Below are positions 8,832 to 18,052 of a DNA stretch of 64,000 nucleotides, one piece after another. Position numbers and translations under genes: made by a program. The first letter of the stretch is position 1, and each line of letters opens with the position of its first letter. The notes beneath the pieces were generated by a model. It was given only the letters and a program-made list of their open reading frames with translations, ran no database searches and was not told the DNA's origin. This DNA comes from an uncultured Chloroflexota bacterium (GTDB lineage: Bacteria; Chloroflexota; Anaerolineae; Aggregatilineales; Phototrophicaceae), in assembly GCA_903864435.1 (NCBI GenBank), contig CAIPFY010000373.1, positions 15,829 through 79,828 on the forward strand, written 5' to 3'.

Positions 8832-9830
8832 ATGCACGATCCTTATTCGGCGGCTGGCCTGCGCTACGACACCATGCACTACCGTCGCAGCGGGCGCAGC
8901 GGCCTGAAGCTACCCCTCATCGCGCTGGGGCTGTGGCACAACTTCGGCGGCGTGGACAGGCTCGAAAATGGCCGCGCCATGATGCGCCGCGCTTTTGATC
9001 TGGGCATCAACCATTTCGACCTTGCCAACAACTACGGGCCACCGCCCGGTTCTGCCGAAGAATCGTTCGGGCAAATTTTCCGGCACGACTTCCGCCCCTA
9101 CCGCGACGAACTGATTATCAGCACCAAAGCCGGCTACGCGATGTGGCCGGGGCCGTATGGCGAATGGGGATCGCGCAAGTATCTGATCGCCAGTCTCGAT
9201 CAGAGTTTGCGCCGCATGGGGCTGGACTATGTGGACATTTTCTACCATCACCGCCCCGACCCCGACACCCCGCTGGAAGAAACCATGTCCGCGCTCGATC
9301 AGGTGGTGCGGCAGGGAAAGGCGCTGTATGTGGGCATCTCCAACTACGACGCGGAAGAAACGCGCCGGGCCGCCCGCATCCTGCGCGAACTGGGGACGCC
9401 CTGCCTGATTAATCAGGTGGTCTACAATATGTTTGATCGCTGGGTAGAACCAGCACTGCTGGATACCGCCGCCGCCGAGGGCGTGGGGTTGATCTTCTTC
9501 TCGCCACTAGCGCAGGGTTTGCTCACCAACCGCTATCTGGACGGAATGCCTTCGGATTCGCGGGCGTTGAAGTCCGGCGTTTTTCTGCGCCCCGAACACA
9601 TCACCGAGTCGGCGCTGGCACGCATCCGCCAGTTGAACGTCATCGCGCAAGCACGCGGTCAAACGCTGGCACAGATGGCGCTGGCGTGGGTACTGCGGCA
9701 CCCCGCCGCCACCGCCGCGCTGATCGGCACCAGTTCGGTGCAGCAGGTCGAAGACTGTGCCGCCGCCGTCCGCAAGCTGGATTTCAGCGCGGAGGAACTC
9801 GCCGCGATTAACACGGCGCTGGCAGAATAG
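8832..9830 (+). CDS. Aldo/keto reductase, YghZ/Gpr-like (L-glyceraldehyde-3-phosphate reductase family)
   Basis: LPLIALGLWHNFG, INHFDLANNYGPPPGSAEESFG, ISTKAGY, YVDIFYHHRPDPDTPLEETM and LYVGISNY are characteristic. RBS GGGAGG. Confidence 0.9.
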   Translation: MHDPYSAAGLRYDTMHYRRSGRSGLKLPLIALGLWHNFGGVDRLENGRAMMRRAFDLGINHFDLANNYGPPPGSAEESFGQIFRHDFRPYRDELIISTKAGYAMWPGPYGEWGSRKYLIASLDQSLRRMGLDYVDIFYHHRPDPDTPLEETMSALDQVVRQGKALYVGISNYDAEETRRAARILRELGTPCLINQVVYNMFDRWVEPALLDTAAAEGVGLIFFSPLAQGLLTNRYLDGMPSDSRALKSGVFLRPEHITESALARIRQLNVIAQARGQTLAQMALAWVLRHPAATAALIGTSSVQQVEDCAAAVRKLDFSAEELAAINTALAE

Positions 9831-9857
9831 AAGGCTTTAGGCCACTTTGTCGCCCGT

Positions 9858-9889
9858 AAAACCCTCAACCTGACACGGTTGAGGGTTTA
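9858..9889. terminator. Bidirectional hairpin terminator between convergent genes
   Basis: ACCCTCAACC / GGTTGAGGGT 10-bp stem (9861-9870, 9877-9886), flanked by AAA upstream and TTTAA downstream. The stem abuts the stop codon of the minus-strand peptidase gene. Confidence 0.6.
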
Positions 9890-11122
9890 AGACGCGCATC
9901 CTCCCAGCAGCGTTTGCCCATCCACGCCCGTAATCTGGTCGTTCAGCGCCACGCGCACCACGCCGTCCGCGCCCACCTGCACCCCGAACACACCGCCGCG
10001 CCCCGCGTACAGGCGCAGCCCGCCGCACCGCGCTCCGGTGGCATCGTGCAGCGCCAGCACATCCCCGCCGCGTGTAACCAGCAGCAGATGATCGCCTAAC
10101 TGCGCTACCTGCCCGTCACCGCTGTCCACCTCCAGCGGCGTTTGCCAGCGCGTGCTGCCGTCCGCGTTGAACGCCGTCAAAACCTGCGTCCCGCCGTCCA
10201 GCGCGTAACGCCGCCCATCTGCCAGCGTGAACGGGTCGCCGGACACAACCGGCGCGGGCGCGGTGCGGGTTTCGCCAAGCTGCCCGTTTGCAGTTGCCAC
10301 CTGTGCCGCGCCGCTGCTGTACGTGATGACGGGCAAGCCGCCGTCCAGCGCCAACCCCACGCCCGTTTCCGGCAACGCCAAGCGCCACAGCACCCGCCCG
10401 TCCGGGGTGATGCCGCGCAGTCGTTCGCCCGAAAGCGCCAGCAGACTGCCATCGGACAGCACCAGCGGCGGCGCGGTCAACGGTTCTGGTAATTCCACCT
10501 GCCAGCGAAAAGCAGGATTCTGGCGCACGTTCATGTTCAAGATGAAACGGGACGGTTGCAGCCAGCCCAACGTCAGCGGCGGGTTCCATGTATAGCCCGC
10601 GCCGGGGACATCCGGTTGGTTGGTGCGAATCTCGAAATGCAGATGCGGGGCGGGGCGTATATCGCCCACCGCACCAATGATGTCGCCCTGATTCACGCAT
10701 GAGTAGCGGGCGGGAAAAAGTATCGTGCTGGTTTCCATCATGTGACCGTACTGGCTGTAAACCGTCGTGCCGTCCGCGAACACATGCTGAATGATGACCA
10801 CGCCGCCATCCCGCCCCCACCCATTCGGCGCGGAATAGGTGACGAGGCCGGACGCGGCTGCCCGCACCGGCTGTCCAAGCGAAGCGCCACGCGGGCCGTG
10901 ATAATCCTCGCCGGTGTGGTAGCGCCCCTGATGGCGCGGGCTGGGGACGCCGAAAGCCTGCACCAGCGTGAAGGAGGCGCGATCTACCGGAAAGCTAATC
11001 CCCATCGTGACTCCGCATTGATCCTGTGCGCGAACCAGCGGTATCAGAGTCAGCAGCGCCGCCCCGATCAGGCCAAAGCATAAGAAACGCTTCACAGTCC
11101 GTCCCCACCCGTAGATCATCAT
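9887..11122 (-). CDS. Secreted M23-family metallopeptidase with C-terminal beta-propeller-like region
   Basis: Signal peptide, HTGEDY and PHLHFEI zinc-ligand motifs, and YSQYGHM. The C-terminal half has repeated G-rich strands. Confidence 0.85.
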   Translation of the reverse strand: MMIYGWGRTVKRFLCFGLIGAALLTLIPLVRAQDQCGVTMGISFPVDRASFTLVQAFGVPSPRHQGRYHTGEDYHGPRGASLGQPVRAAASGLVTYSAPNGWGRDGGVVIIQHVFADGTTVYSQYGHMMETSTILFPARYSCVNQGDIIGAVGDIRPAPHLHFEIRTNQPDVPGAGYTWNPPLTLGWLQPSRFILNMNVRQNPAFRWQVELPEPLTAPPLVLSDGSLLALSGERLRGITPDGRVLWRLALPETGVGLALDGGLPVITYSSGAAQVATANGQLGETRTAPAPVVSGDPFTLADGRRYALDGGTQVLTAFNADGSTRWQTPLEVDSGDGQVAQLGDHLLLVTRGGDVLALHDATGARCGGLRLYAGRGGVFGVQVGADGVVRVALNDQITGVDGQTLLGGCAS

Positions 11123-11192
11123 TTCGATGGGGTCATGATAGCATCGGCGGGAGCAAATGCCTACTGAGCAGCCCCCTTAGCCGGTAACGCGC

Positions 11193-11840
11193 TTAGAAAC
11201 TGTCGGAAGGATTATCGCGCTGCCGCTTCGTCATTTCGATGAACTGCGGGGTTGCCCCGGTCTCAGGTTGCATGGCAAGCGCCCGGTTGAACCATGTGTG
11301 CGCGTTTTCGACATCGCCAATCCGCCGGTACAGTTCGCCGATCAGGTAGTGAATCACGGCGAGGTTGCCCGTCCGAATCGTCCCGTTCGCCAGCGCACTT
11401 TCAAAATGGCGAATGGCCTGCTTGCGATACGCAATCTCCCCGAACACATCATCCTCATCGGCACAGCACCACGCCGCGCTCAGATACAGGTTCGCCAGTT
11501 CTTCGTCGCTCGCTTCGCGGATTTTGCCAATCTGCGCGATGGCAGCGTAGATGTGGCTGATCTTGTGATCGGCATGTTCGCCAGCAGGCTTCAGTTCAGC
11601 GCGGATTCGCGCCTTAAGCGCATCACTCAGGGGGCGGGGTTCGCTAAAATAAGGGCTGTAGTCCGCATACCCGCAGTCTGGACAGCGAGACACCGCGAGG
11701 TGCAGCGGGTCGTAGCCGATTGGACGGGAGCGAAAATCACTATCCTGCCCGCCAAAGTTATTGGTACTCATGATGTGGCGAACGGTGAGTTCTCTGGCAC
11801 AAATCGGGCAGTGGGTGGTTTGCTCGGAGACGGTGGTCAT
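11193..11840 (-). CDS. DUF2225-like zinc-ribbon plus TPR-like protein
   Basis: CPICAREL...CPDCGYAD zinc ribbon followed by a helical-repeat C-terminus (LIGELYRRIGDVENAHTWFNRAL). Confidence 0.55.
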   Translation of the reverse strand: MTTVSEQTTHCPICARELTVRHIMSTNNFGGQDSDFRSRPIGYDPLHLAVSRCPDCGYADYSPYFSEPRPLSDALKARIRAELKPAGEHADHKISHIYAAIAQIGKIREASDEELANLYLSAAWCCADEDDVFGEIAYRKQAIRHFESALANGTIRTGNLAVIHYLIGELYRRIGDVENAHTWFNRALAMQPETGATPQFIEMTKRQRDNPSDSF

Positions 11841-11993
11841 AACAAACTCCTCGCTGACAGCACCAAATGGCGCGGTTCATTTGCCCCTATTATAAGAGAT
11901 TTATGTGTGAGTTGGACAAGGAATAAGTGAGGTGTTTTAAAACCCGCGTTAGCGCCCCTCAGTACCAGCCGTGCGGGAGGGGCGAGGGCGGCA

Positions 11994-12207
11994 GAGTCCC
12001 CTATCCCCCGTCCCCTTATCCCCATACAGGAAGCGGGGCTTACAAGGGTAGGTTTTTATCGGGCAAGGGGCGCAAGGGAAGAAATCAACGGCGCGAATCT
12101 TCTCACAAAGAGATTTGCTTTTCGTAGGGACACGGCTCGCGCAGTGTCCCTACGAAAGAACCCTCGCCCCCAAAAACCTGCCCTTAAAAGGGACTGAGGG
12201 GGTGAAG
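11994..12207. repeat. Composite GC-rich intergenic repeat cluster (motifs a, c, d of a dispersed family)
   Basis: Motif a at 11994-12030 (GAGTCCCCTATCCCCCGTCCCCTTATCCCCATACAGG). A perfect 13-bp-stem palindrome TTCGTAGGGACAC...GTGTCCCTACGAA at 12121-12156. Motif d at 12188-12204. Related copies occur at 15351, 47737 and 62253. Confidence 0.75.
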
Positions 12208-12227
12208 TTCTTCAAAAACCTACCCGT

Positions 12228-14045
12228 TCAGCCCTTCACAGCCGCCAGCGGGCGCGAATCCGGGGTGGCCTGCCGCGCCAGTTCTAGCGTGAACTGGCCG
12301 CCGCTGTCGCGCATTTCATAGCGCAACTCACCCCGATGCGCCCGTACAATCGCCAGCGCCAGCGCCATCCCCAATCCGGTATTGGTCGCGCCTTTTTCGG
12401 TGGTATAGGCAAAGGGGCGGAACACGTCCACCGGGTTCAGGTTATGTTTCCGCAGGCGTTCCAACCGCAACCGCACCTGAAGCACGCTGGCATCCCGCGC
12501 CAACATCGAAAGTTTGATCGGGTGGTCAGGCGCAGACCATTCATAAGCGAACTGAATCAGATGATCCAGCGCCTGCACAAAGCGGGTGGTATCCATGCGC
12601 ACAAACGCCGTTTCCGCCGGAAGCTGGTCGAGCGAAAGGATGGTCATGCCGGATGCTTTGCGGCGCGATACCAGTTCCGCCAGCACGTCCTGCAAGCACA
12701 CGTTGGTCATTTCCAGCGACAGTTCGCCATCGTCCAACCGCGCCAGATCAAACACATCGTCCACCAGCGCCCGCGTCTGAGCAACCATCGCGTTCAACAC
12801 CTGCATATGCTCCGGCAGACGGTCGGGCGATTTGCTCAGGAGATACAACCGGGTAGTGAGGTTCGTCAGGGGAGCGCGAAACTCGCTGGCCGCCTGTTTG
12901 AAAAACCGCCCTTCCCGCGCCCGCGCTTCCACCAGCCCATTCAGGCGCTGTTCAAGTTGCTGAATCTGGCTCTGCTGCTGCCCCTGTTGTTCATCCTGTG
13001 CGCCTAGCGCCTGCTGGATAGCGGCGGTCAGTTGACCGATTTCATCCGGGGAAGGGATTCCGGGCGCTTGCCCCGCCGTCCGGTTGCGCAATCCCGCCGT
13101 CAAGCGAGTCACCCGCCGCAAAATGCTGGCATCCAGCAGCAGCAGTAAAGTCACCGCCCCCGCCATCCCGCCCAGAATGAACGTGAGCATTAATGTCCAT
13201 GCCGCCGTGCTGTTCTGCTGGAACAGGTTGCGCGACAGGCGCACATCCAGCACGGCAACCGGCTGACCGTCCGCGCCGTTTAGCAGCGCATAGCCATAGG
13301 CCATCCCGGACTCGTCCTTCTGAATCGTGTGCGGTTGCTGCGGGCTAAGTTGCGTCAGCGCCTCCCGCATACTGTCTGGCAGGCTGGTTAAATCACCGAG
13401 CGGAGTCAGGCCAACCGGCAGATGAACCCCGTCCGCGATTTGCTGAAGTTCAGCCGCATCCATAAATCGCCCGAAGGCCAGCGTTCCGGCAGATGCGCCG
13501 CTGCGATTCGCTGGCAGAATAGGAGCGAACGCCACCGAAGCCACGCCCTGCGGCAACAGCACATACGTCCCCGTCCGCGCTTGCGGGTCATCTTGCGGGT
13601 AGAAGGCGCTGCGGGCGGCGGCGCTGATGGCCGCTTCCAGCCCATCCGGTACGGGGAGTACCTGCGCCGCTTGCCCATCCTGCACCCGGCTGAGAACAAC
13701 TGTGTTTTGCCGATCCAGATACAGGGCAAACTCGATGTGCATATCCGCCAGCGTTTGCGGCAGCAGATCACTTTCAAGCGCCTGCACAGCCCCGCTTTGC
13801 ATAAACGTGTAAGCGGCATCCCGCATCGCCCAGATCGCCACATTCGTCTTCAGATGGGTTTCTTCCGCGCTGACCGCCGCTTGCATCCGGTCAATCGCCT
13901 GATAGATGTCCTCATTTTCCAGCCGAACCGCACCCGCGATGAACATTTGCCGTGTGACCACCGCCAGCAGGCCGGTAATCACCAGCAACAGGAACACAAT
14001 CGAGAGCAAGGCTTTGGTTCGCAACGACATAGACAACCCTTTCAT
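12228..14045 (-). CDS. Membrane sensor protein with CHASE4-like periplasmic domain, HAMP and a degenerate histidine-kinase core (pseudo-kinase)
   Basis: Two TM segments flank a ~270-aa extracytoplasmic domain, then a HAMP-like segment. The H-box reads AASEFRAPL (Ser where the His should be). The N-box reads HLIQFAYEW, no DxGxG G1 box is visible, and the G2 remnant is NTGLGMALA. Confidence 0.8.
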   Translation of the reverse strand: MKGLSMSLRTKALLSIVFLLLVITGLLAVVTRQMFIAGAVRLENEDIYQAIDRMQAAVSAEETHLKTNVAIWAMRDAAYTFMQSGAVQALESDLLPQTLADMHIEFALYLDRQNTVVLSRVQDGQAAQVLPVPDGLEAAISAAARSAFYPQDDPQARTGTYVLLPQGVASVAFAPILPANRSGASAGTLAFGRFMDAAELQQIADGVHLPVGLTPLGDLTSLPDSMREALTQLSPQQPHTIQKDESGMAYGYALLNGADGQPVAVLDVRLSRNLFQQNSTAAWTLMLTFILGGMAGAVTLLLLLDASILRRVTRLTAGLRNRTAGQAPGIPSPDEIGQLTAAIQQALGAQDEQQGQQQSQIQQLEQRLNGLVEARAREGRFFKQAASEFRAPLTNLTTRLYLLSKSPDRLPEHMQVLNAMVAQTRALVDDVFDLARLDDGELSLEMTNVCLQDVLAELVSRRKASGMTILSLDQLPAETAFVRMDTTRFVQALDHLIQFAYEWSAPDHPIKLSMLARDASVLQVRLRLERLRKHNLNPVDVFRPFAYTTEKGATNTGLGMALALAIVRAHRGELRYEMRDSGGQFTLELARQATPDSRPLAAVKG

Positions 14046-14123
14046 GCGCTCACTTCATTGTAAGCGCGAAAGGCCGACAGGAGCATAGGGGAAATAGACT
14101 ATGCTCCTACCGGTACATCCCCT

Positions 14124-15317
14124 CTAATACTGCACGTCTACGCTGCGCCCGCTGCGGGCGGAAGCCAGAATCGCATCGCAGATGACCGCGTTGCGGTAGC
14201 CATCCACGAACGACGCGCCGTAGGGTTCGACGTTCCATTTGCCGAGGATCGCGCCGAAGAAGTGGTGGAACTCATGCACGAAGGTGTGTTCCCATCCGAT
14301 GATATGCCCGTGCGGCCACCAGTTTTCCCAGTACGGGTGATAGCTTTCGGTGACGAGGACGTTGTGGAAACCGCGTGTTTCCTTCGGCGAGTCGTCCGCC
14401 CAGAACACGTCGAGTTCGTTCATGCGCTCCAGATTGAAGCGAATTGTGCCGTGTTCGGCGTTGATCTCGATGCTGTTGTAGTTCTTGCGCCCGTGACAGA
14501 AGCGTGAGGCTTCGATGGTGCCAATCGCGCCGTTCTGGAACTCCATGAGCGAGATGAAGGCATCATCCACATCCACTTTGCCCTTGCCGCTGCCATCCGG
14601 CAGGGGGCGTTCCTCCACGAAGGTCTTGGTCATCGCCATAATGCGTGACGGCTCCCCGACGAGGAAACGCGCCAGATCAATCACATGCGCCCCCAGATCG
14701 CCCAACGCACCGCTGCCGGCTTGACTGGCATCCAAACGCCAGATTTTGGGGAAGTTCGGGTCAATAATCCATTCCTGCAAGTACACGGCGCGGAAGTGGA
14801 AAATGCGCCCCAGTGCGCCGGATTCGATCAGCTTACGCGCCTGCACGATGGCCGGCACAAAGCGGTAGTTGAAGGCCACCATGTGCTTCACGCCCGCTTT
14901 TTCCACCGCGTCCAGCATGGACTTGGCTTCGGCAGCCGTCCGCGCCAGCGGTTTCTCGCAGAACACATGCTTGCCCGCCGCCGCCGCCGCGATGCTTGGC
15001 TCGGCATGGGCATCGTTCGGGCCGCCGTTGTCGAACACCTGCACGGCGGGGTCAGCGATCATCTCGCGCCAGTCGGAATAGGTCTTTTCGTAACCGTAGC
15101 GTTTGGCCGCCTCGGCGGTGGCGGCGGCGTTGCGTCCGCAAATTGCGGCGAGGCGCGGCACCGCCAACGGCGGGTACATCATATACGGCAGCTTCTTGAA
15201 GGCGTTGGAATGCGCCTTGCCCATGAAGGCATAGCCCAGCATTCCGATGCCGATTTCGGGTGCGCTGCCTTCCGCACGCGCCCCGGCCATCGTGGTAAAG
15301 CCGACATCTTCAGGCAT
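14124..15317 (-). CDS. Gfo/Idh/MocA-family NAD(P)-dependent oxidoreductase
   Basis: IGIGMLGYAFMGKAHSNAF Rossmann N-terminus and an FCEKPLA motif. Start set to the ATG at 15317 after AGGAG. The longer ORF to 15401 runs into the repeat element. Confidence 0.9.
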   Translation of the reverse strand: MPEDVGFTTMAGARAEGSAPEIGIGMLGYAFMGKAHSNAFKKLPYMMYPPLAVPRLAAICGRNAAATAEAAKRYGYEKTYSDWREMIADPAVQVFDNGGPNDAHAEPSIAAAAAGKHVFCEKPLARTAAEAKSMLDAVEKAGVKHMVAFNYRFVPAIVQARKLIESGALGRIFHFRAVYLQEWIIDPNFPKIWRLDASQAGSGALGDLGAHVIDLARFLVGEPSRIMAMTKTFVEERPLPDGSGKGKVDVDDAFISLMEFQNGAIGTIEASRFCHGRKNYNSIEINAEHGTIRFNLERMNELDVFWADDSPKETRGFHNVLVTESYHPYWENWWPHGHIIGWEHTFVHEFHHFFGAILGKWNVEPYGASFVDGYRNAVICDAILASARSGRSVDVQY

Positions 15318-15350
15318 GATTGCTCCTCTTTTGACACAAAAATAATACGT

Positions 15351-15505
15351 GAGTCCCCTATCCCCCAACCCCTTTCCCCATACATGGAGACAGGGGCGCA
15401 AGAGGGGGAAAATGCGCCCTCATCCCCAACCCTTCTCCCAAGTGGCGAAGGGCGCAAGAGGGGACAGACGGCGCATTTCGTAGGGACACGGCGTGCGCCG
15501 TGTCC
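15351..15505. repeat. Composite GC-rich intergenic repeat cluster (motifs a, b, c)
   Basis: Motif a at 15351-15388. Motif b at 15417-15465 contains TTCTCCCAAGTGGCGAAGGG (15433-15452), identical to 56718-56737. Palindromic motif c TTCGTAGGGACACGGCGTGCGCCGTGTCC lies at 15477-15505. Confidence 0.75.
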
Positions 15506-15528
15506 GCTTCCGCCAAAGGGTTCGCCCC

Positions 15529-16533
15529 TTATTTCTTGCTCTCGAAGGCCGCGTCAAAGGCCACGCCCGACGGCGCGAAATCGTTGGACTTCACGAACTG
15601 CAACGCCTCGGCAGCGCCGTACTCGCGGTTCATGCCGCTGTCTTCCCACTCCACCGACAGGGGGCCGTTGTAGCCGATGCGGTTCAGGGCGCGAATCATG
15701 GAATCCATGTCCAGATCGCCATGTCCGGGCGAAACGAAGTTCCAGCCGCGACGGTGGTCGCCAAAGTTGAGGTGCGAACCGAGGATGCTGTTCACGCCGT
15801 TCAGCGTCACTTTGGAGTCTTTGACGTGAACGTGATAGATGCGCTCCGGGAAACGGTCAATGAAGTTGACCGGATCGAACTGCTGATGAATGAAGTGGCT
15901 GGGGTCGAAGTTAAAGCCGAATCCGGTGCGCCCGTTCAGCGCCTTCAACGTGCGTTCTGCCGTGTAGATGTCGTAGGCGATTTCGGCGGGGTGGCATTCC
16001 AGCGCGAAACGCACGCCCACCGCGTCGAACACATCAATAATGGGATTCCAGCGGTCTGCGAACTCACGGTAGCCGGCCTCCACCATTGTGTCCGAGGTGG
16101 GCGGGAAGAAGTACAGCATGTGCCACACCGGGCTGCCCGTGAAACCGTTCACCACCTTCACGCCCAATCCTGCGGCGGCGCGGGCGGTGTTCTGAATCTC
16201 GGTGGCGCAACGCTGGCGCACACCTTCCGGGTCGCCATCGCCCCACAGACGCGGCGGCAGGATAGCCTTGTGCCGTTCGTCAATCATCGCGTCCGCCACG
16301 CACTGACCGACCAGATGGTTGCTGACCGCGAAGCACTTCAGGCCGTACTTTTCCAGAATGTCGCGGCGGCTCTGATAATAGCCGTCGCTCTCCAGCGCCT
16401 TATCCACCTCAAAATGGTCGCCCCAGCAGGCCAGTTCCAGCCCGTCATAGCCCATTGCGGCGGCTTTTTGCGCCAGTGTTTCCAGCGGCAAATCCGCCCA
16501 CTGTCCGGTAAATAAGGTGACAGGTCGTGCCAT
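15529..16533 (-). CDS. Sugar phosphate isomerase/epimerase (xylose-isomerase-like TIM barrel)
   Basis: [41 protein letters not shown]... is typical of this family. Start at the ATG at 16533 after GGGAGG. Confidence 0.8.
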   Translation of the reverse strand: MARPVTLFTGQWADLPLETLAQKAAAMGYDGLELACWGDHFEVDKALESDGYYQSRRDILEKYGLKCFAVSNHLVGQCVADAMIDERHKAILPPRLWGDGDPEGVRQRCATEIQNTARAAAGLGVKVVNGFTGSPVWHMLYFFPPTSDTMVEAGYREFADRWNPIIDVFDAVGVRFALECHPAEIAYDIYTAERTLKALNGRTGFGFNFDPSHFIHQQFDPVNFIDRFPERIYHVHVKDSKVTLNGVNSILGSHLNFGDHRRGWNFVSPGHGDLDMDSMIRALNRIGYNGPLSVEWEDSGMNREYGAAEALQFVKSNDFAPSGVAFDAAFESKK

Positions 16534-16624
16534 TTTTTCCTCCCGAATGGTGTAATAGTGGTAAAAAGTGCAAAACATCTTTCGGGCGGGTGCGGTTGGT
16601 CGCACCCGCCAGCGGTCAACCGAT

Positions 16625-18013
16625 TTAACCCGTGATCGGCTCCAGCCGCACGGTGAAGTGGCGCAGCACGGGCGACTGCTGCACGATGCGGTAGCCGGGC
16701 AGCGTGTCGCGCTGGGCGAACACTTCCAGAATCACTTCCGCTAGATAGTCCACATGACTCTGGGTATAGGTGCGGCGCGGGAACGCCAGCCGTACCAAGT
16801 CCATCGTGGCGGCTTTTTCAGTGCCGTCCGGCTGCATCCCGAACATCACCGTGCCGATTTCTACGCCGCGCACCCCCCCCACCAGATACAGCGCGTTGCA
16901 CAGCGACCACGCCGGATACTGCGTGGGGGTGATGTGCGGCAGCATGGCGCGGGCATCCAGATAGACTGCGTGGCCACCGGTGGGCAGCACAATCGGCACA
17001 CCCGCCGCCGTCAGACGATCGCCCAGATACGAAATGGAACGGATACGGTAGCGCAGGTAGTGCGGATCGAGCGCCTCGTACAAGCCTTGCGCGATGGCTT
17101 CCAGATCGTAGCCGGCCATGCCGCCGTAGGTGGGGAAGCCTTCGGTCAGGATTTCGAGGTTGCGGCACTGGGCGGCAAGGGTGTCATCGTTGAGCGCGAG
17201 GAAGCCGCCAATGTTCGCCATGCCGTCCTTCTTGGCGCTCATGGTGCAGCCATCGGCATAGCTGAACATCTCGCGGGCAATCTCGATAGGCGATTTGTCG
17301 GCATAGCCGTCCTCGCGGGTTTTGATGAACCACGCATTTTCGGCAAAGCGGCAAGCATCAATGTAGAAGGGAATGCGGTTAGCGCGGGCGATGGCGCTCA
17401 CGGCGCGGACGTTCGCCATGCTCACCGGCTGTCCGCCGCCGGAGTTGTTGGTCACGGTCAGCATGATCGCCGGAATGCGCTCCCGCCCGACTTCTGCGAT
17501 GGTCTTTTCCAGCGCCGCGATGTCCATGTTGCCCTTGAAGGGGTGAATCAGGCGCGGCTGACGGCCTTCGGCAATCACCTGATCGCGGGCTTCTGCGCCG
17601 TTGTGTTCCACATGGGCGCGGGTGGTGTCAAAGTGGGTATTGCTAGGGATGACATCGCCCTTCTTGGCGATGGCGGTGAACAGGATATTCTCGGCGGCAC
17701 GCCCCTGATGGGCGGGGATGACGTGCTTGAATCCGGTGATGTCCTGCACCGACGCCTCGAAACGGTAGAACGAGGACGCGCCGGCATAGCTTTCGTCGCT
17801 GGCGATCATGCCCGCCCACTGACGGGAGGACATCGCGCCCGTGCCGCTGTCGGTTAGCAGGTCAATCAGCACATCGTCAGCGCGGAGCAGGAACGGGTTG
17901 TAACCGGCGGCCTTCAGCGCCGCCTCGCGCTGTTCCAGCGTGGTGAAATGCACCGGTTCTACCGAACGGATGCGAAACGGCTCAATAATCGTTTTGGGGT
18001 GAAATTCACGCAT
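16625..18013 (-). CDS. Beta-eliminating lyase: tryptophanase / tyrosine phenol-lyase family (PLP-dependent)
   Basis: [24 protein letters not shown] and the PLP-lysine context [16 protein letters not shown] cannot separate TnaA from TPL by eye. Start is ATG 18013 (preceded by GAAGGAAG) or 18028. Confidence 0.85.
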   Translation of the reverse strand: MREFHPKTIIEPFRIRSVEPVHFTTLEQREAALKAAGYNPFLLRADDVLIDLLTDSGTGAMSSRQWAGMIASDESYAGASSFYRFEASVQDITGFKHVIPAHQGRAAENILFTAIAKKGDVIPSNTHFDTTRAHVEHNGAEARDQVIAEGRQPRLIHPFKGNMDIAALEKTIAEVGRERIPAIMLTVTNNSGGGQPVSMANVRAVSAIARANRIPFYIDACRFAENAWFIKTREDGYADKSPIEIAREMFSYADGCTMSAKKDGMANIGGFLALNDDTLAAQCRNLEILTEGFPTYGGMAGYDLEAIAQGLYEALDPHYLRYRIRSISYLGDRLTAAGVPIVLPTGGHAVYLDARAMLPHITPTQYPAWSLCNALYLVGGVRGVEIGTVMFGMQPDGTEKAATMDLVRLAFPRRTYTQSHVDYLAEVILEVFAQRDTLPGYRIVQQSPVLRHFTVRLEPITG

Positions 18014-18052
18014 GAGGACTTCCTTCAAATAGAGAATTAATCAAAACACCCG

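Noticed and set aside
11994-12207. Could the clustered GC-rich repeats be a CRISPR array?
   Set aside because: The units are heterogeneous sub-motifs. They are not a single 25-40-nt repeat at regular spacing, copies are imperfect and in both orientations, and no cas genes are present in the window.
15318-15401. Upstream extensions of the oxidoreductase (to 15401), sugar isomerase (to 16605), bcp (to 2285) and GAF protein B (to 31238)
   Set aside because: The extensions run through intergenic repeat elements or the preceding gene. They lack RBSs and add non-homologous, Cys/Arg-rich leaders. Internal ATGs with good Shine-Dalgarno sequences match the family N-termini.
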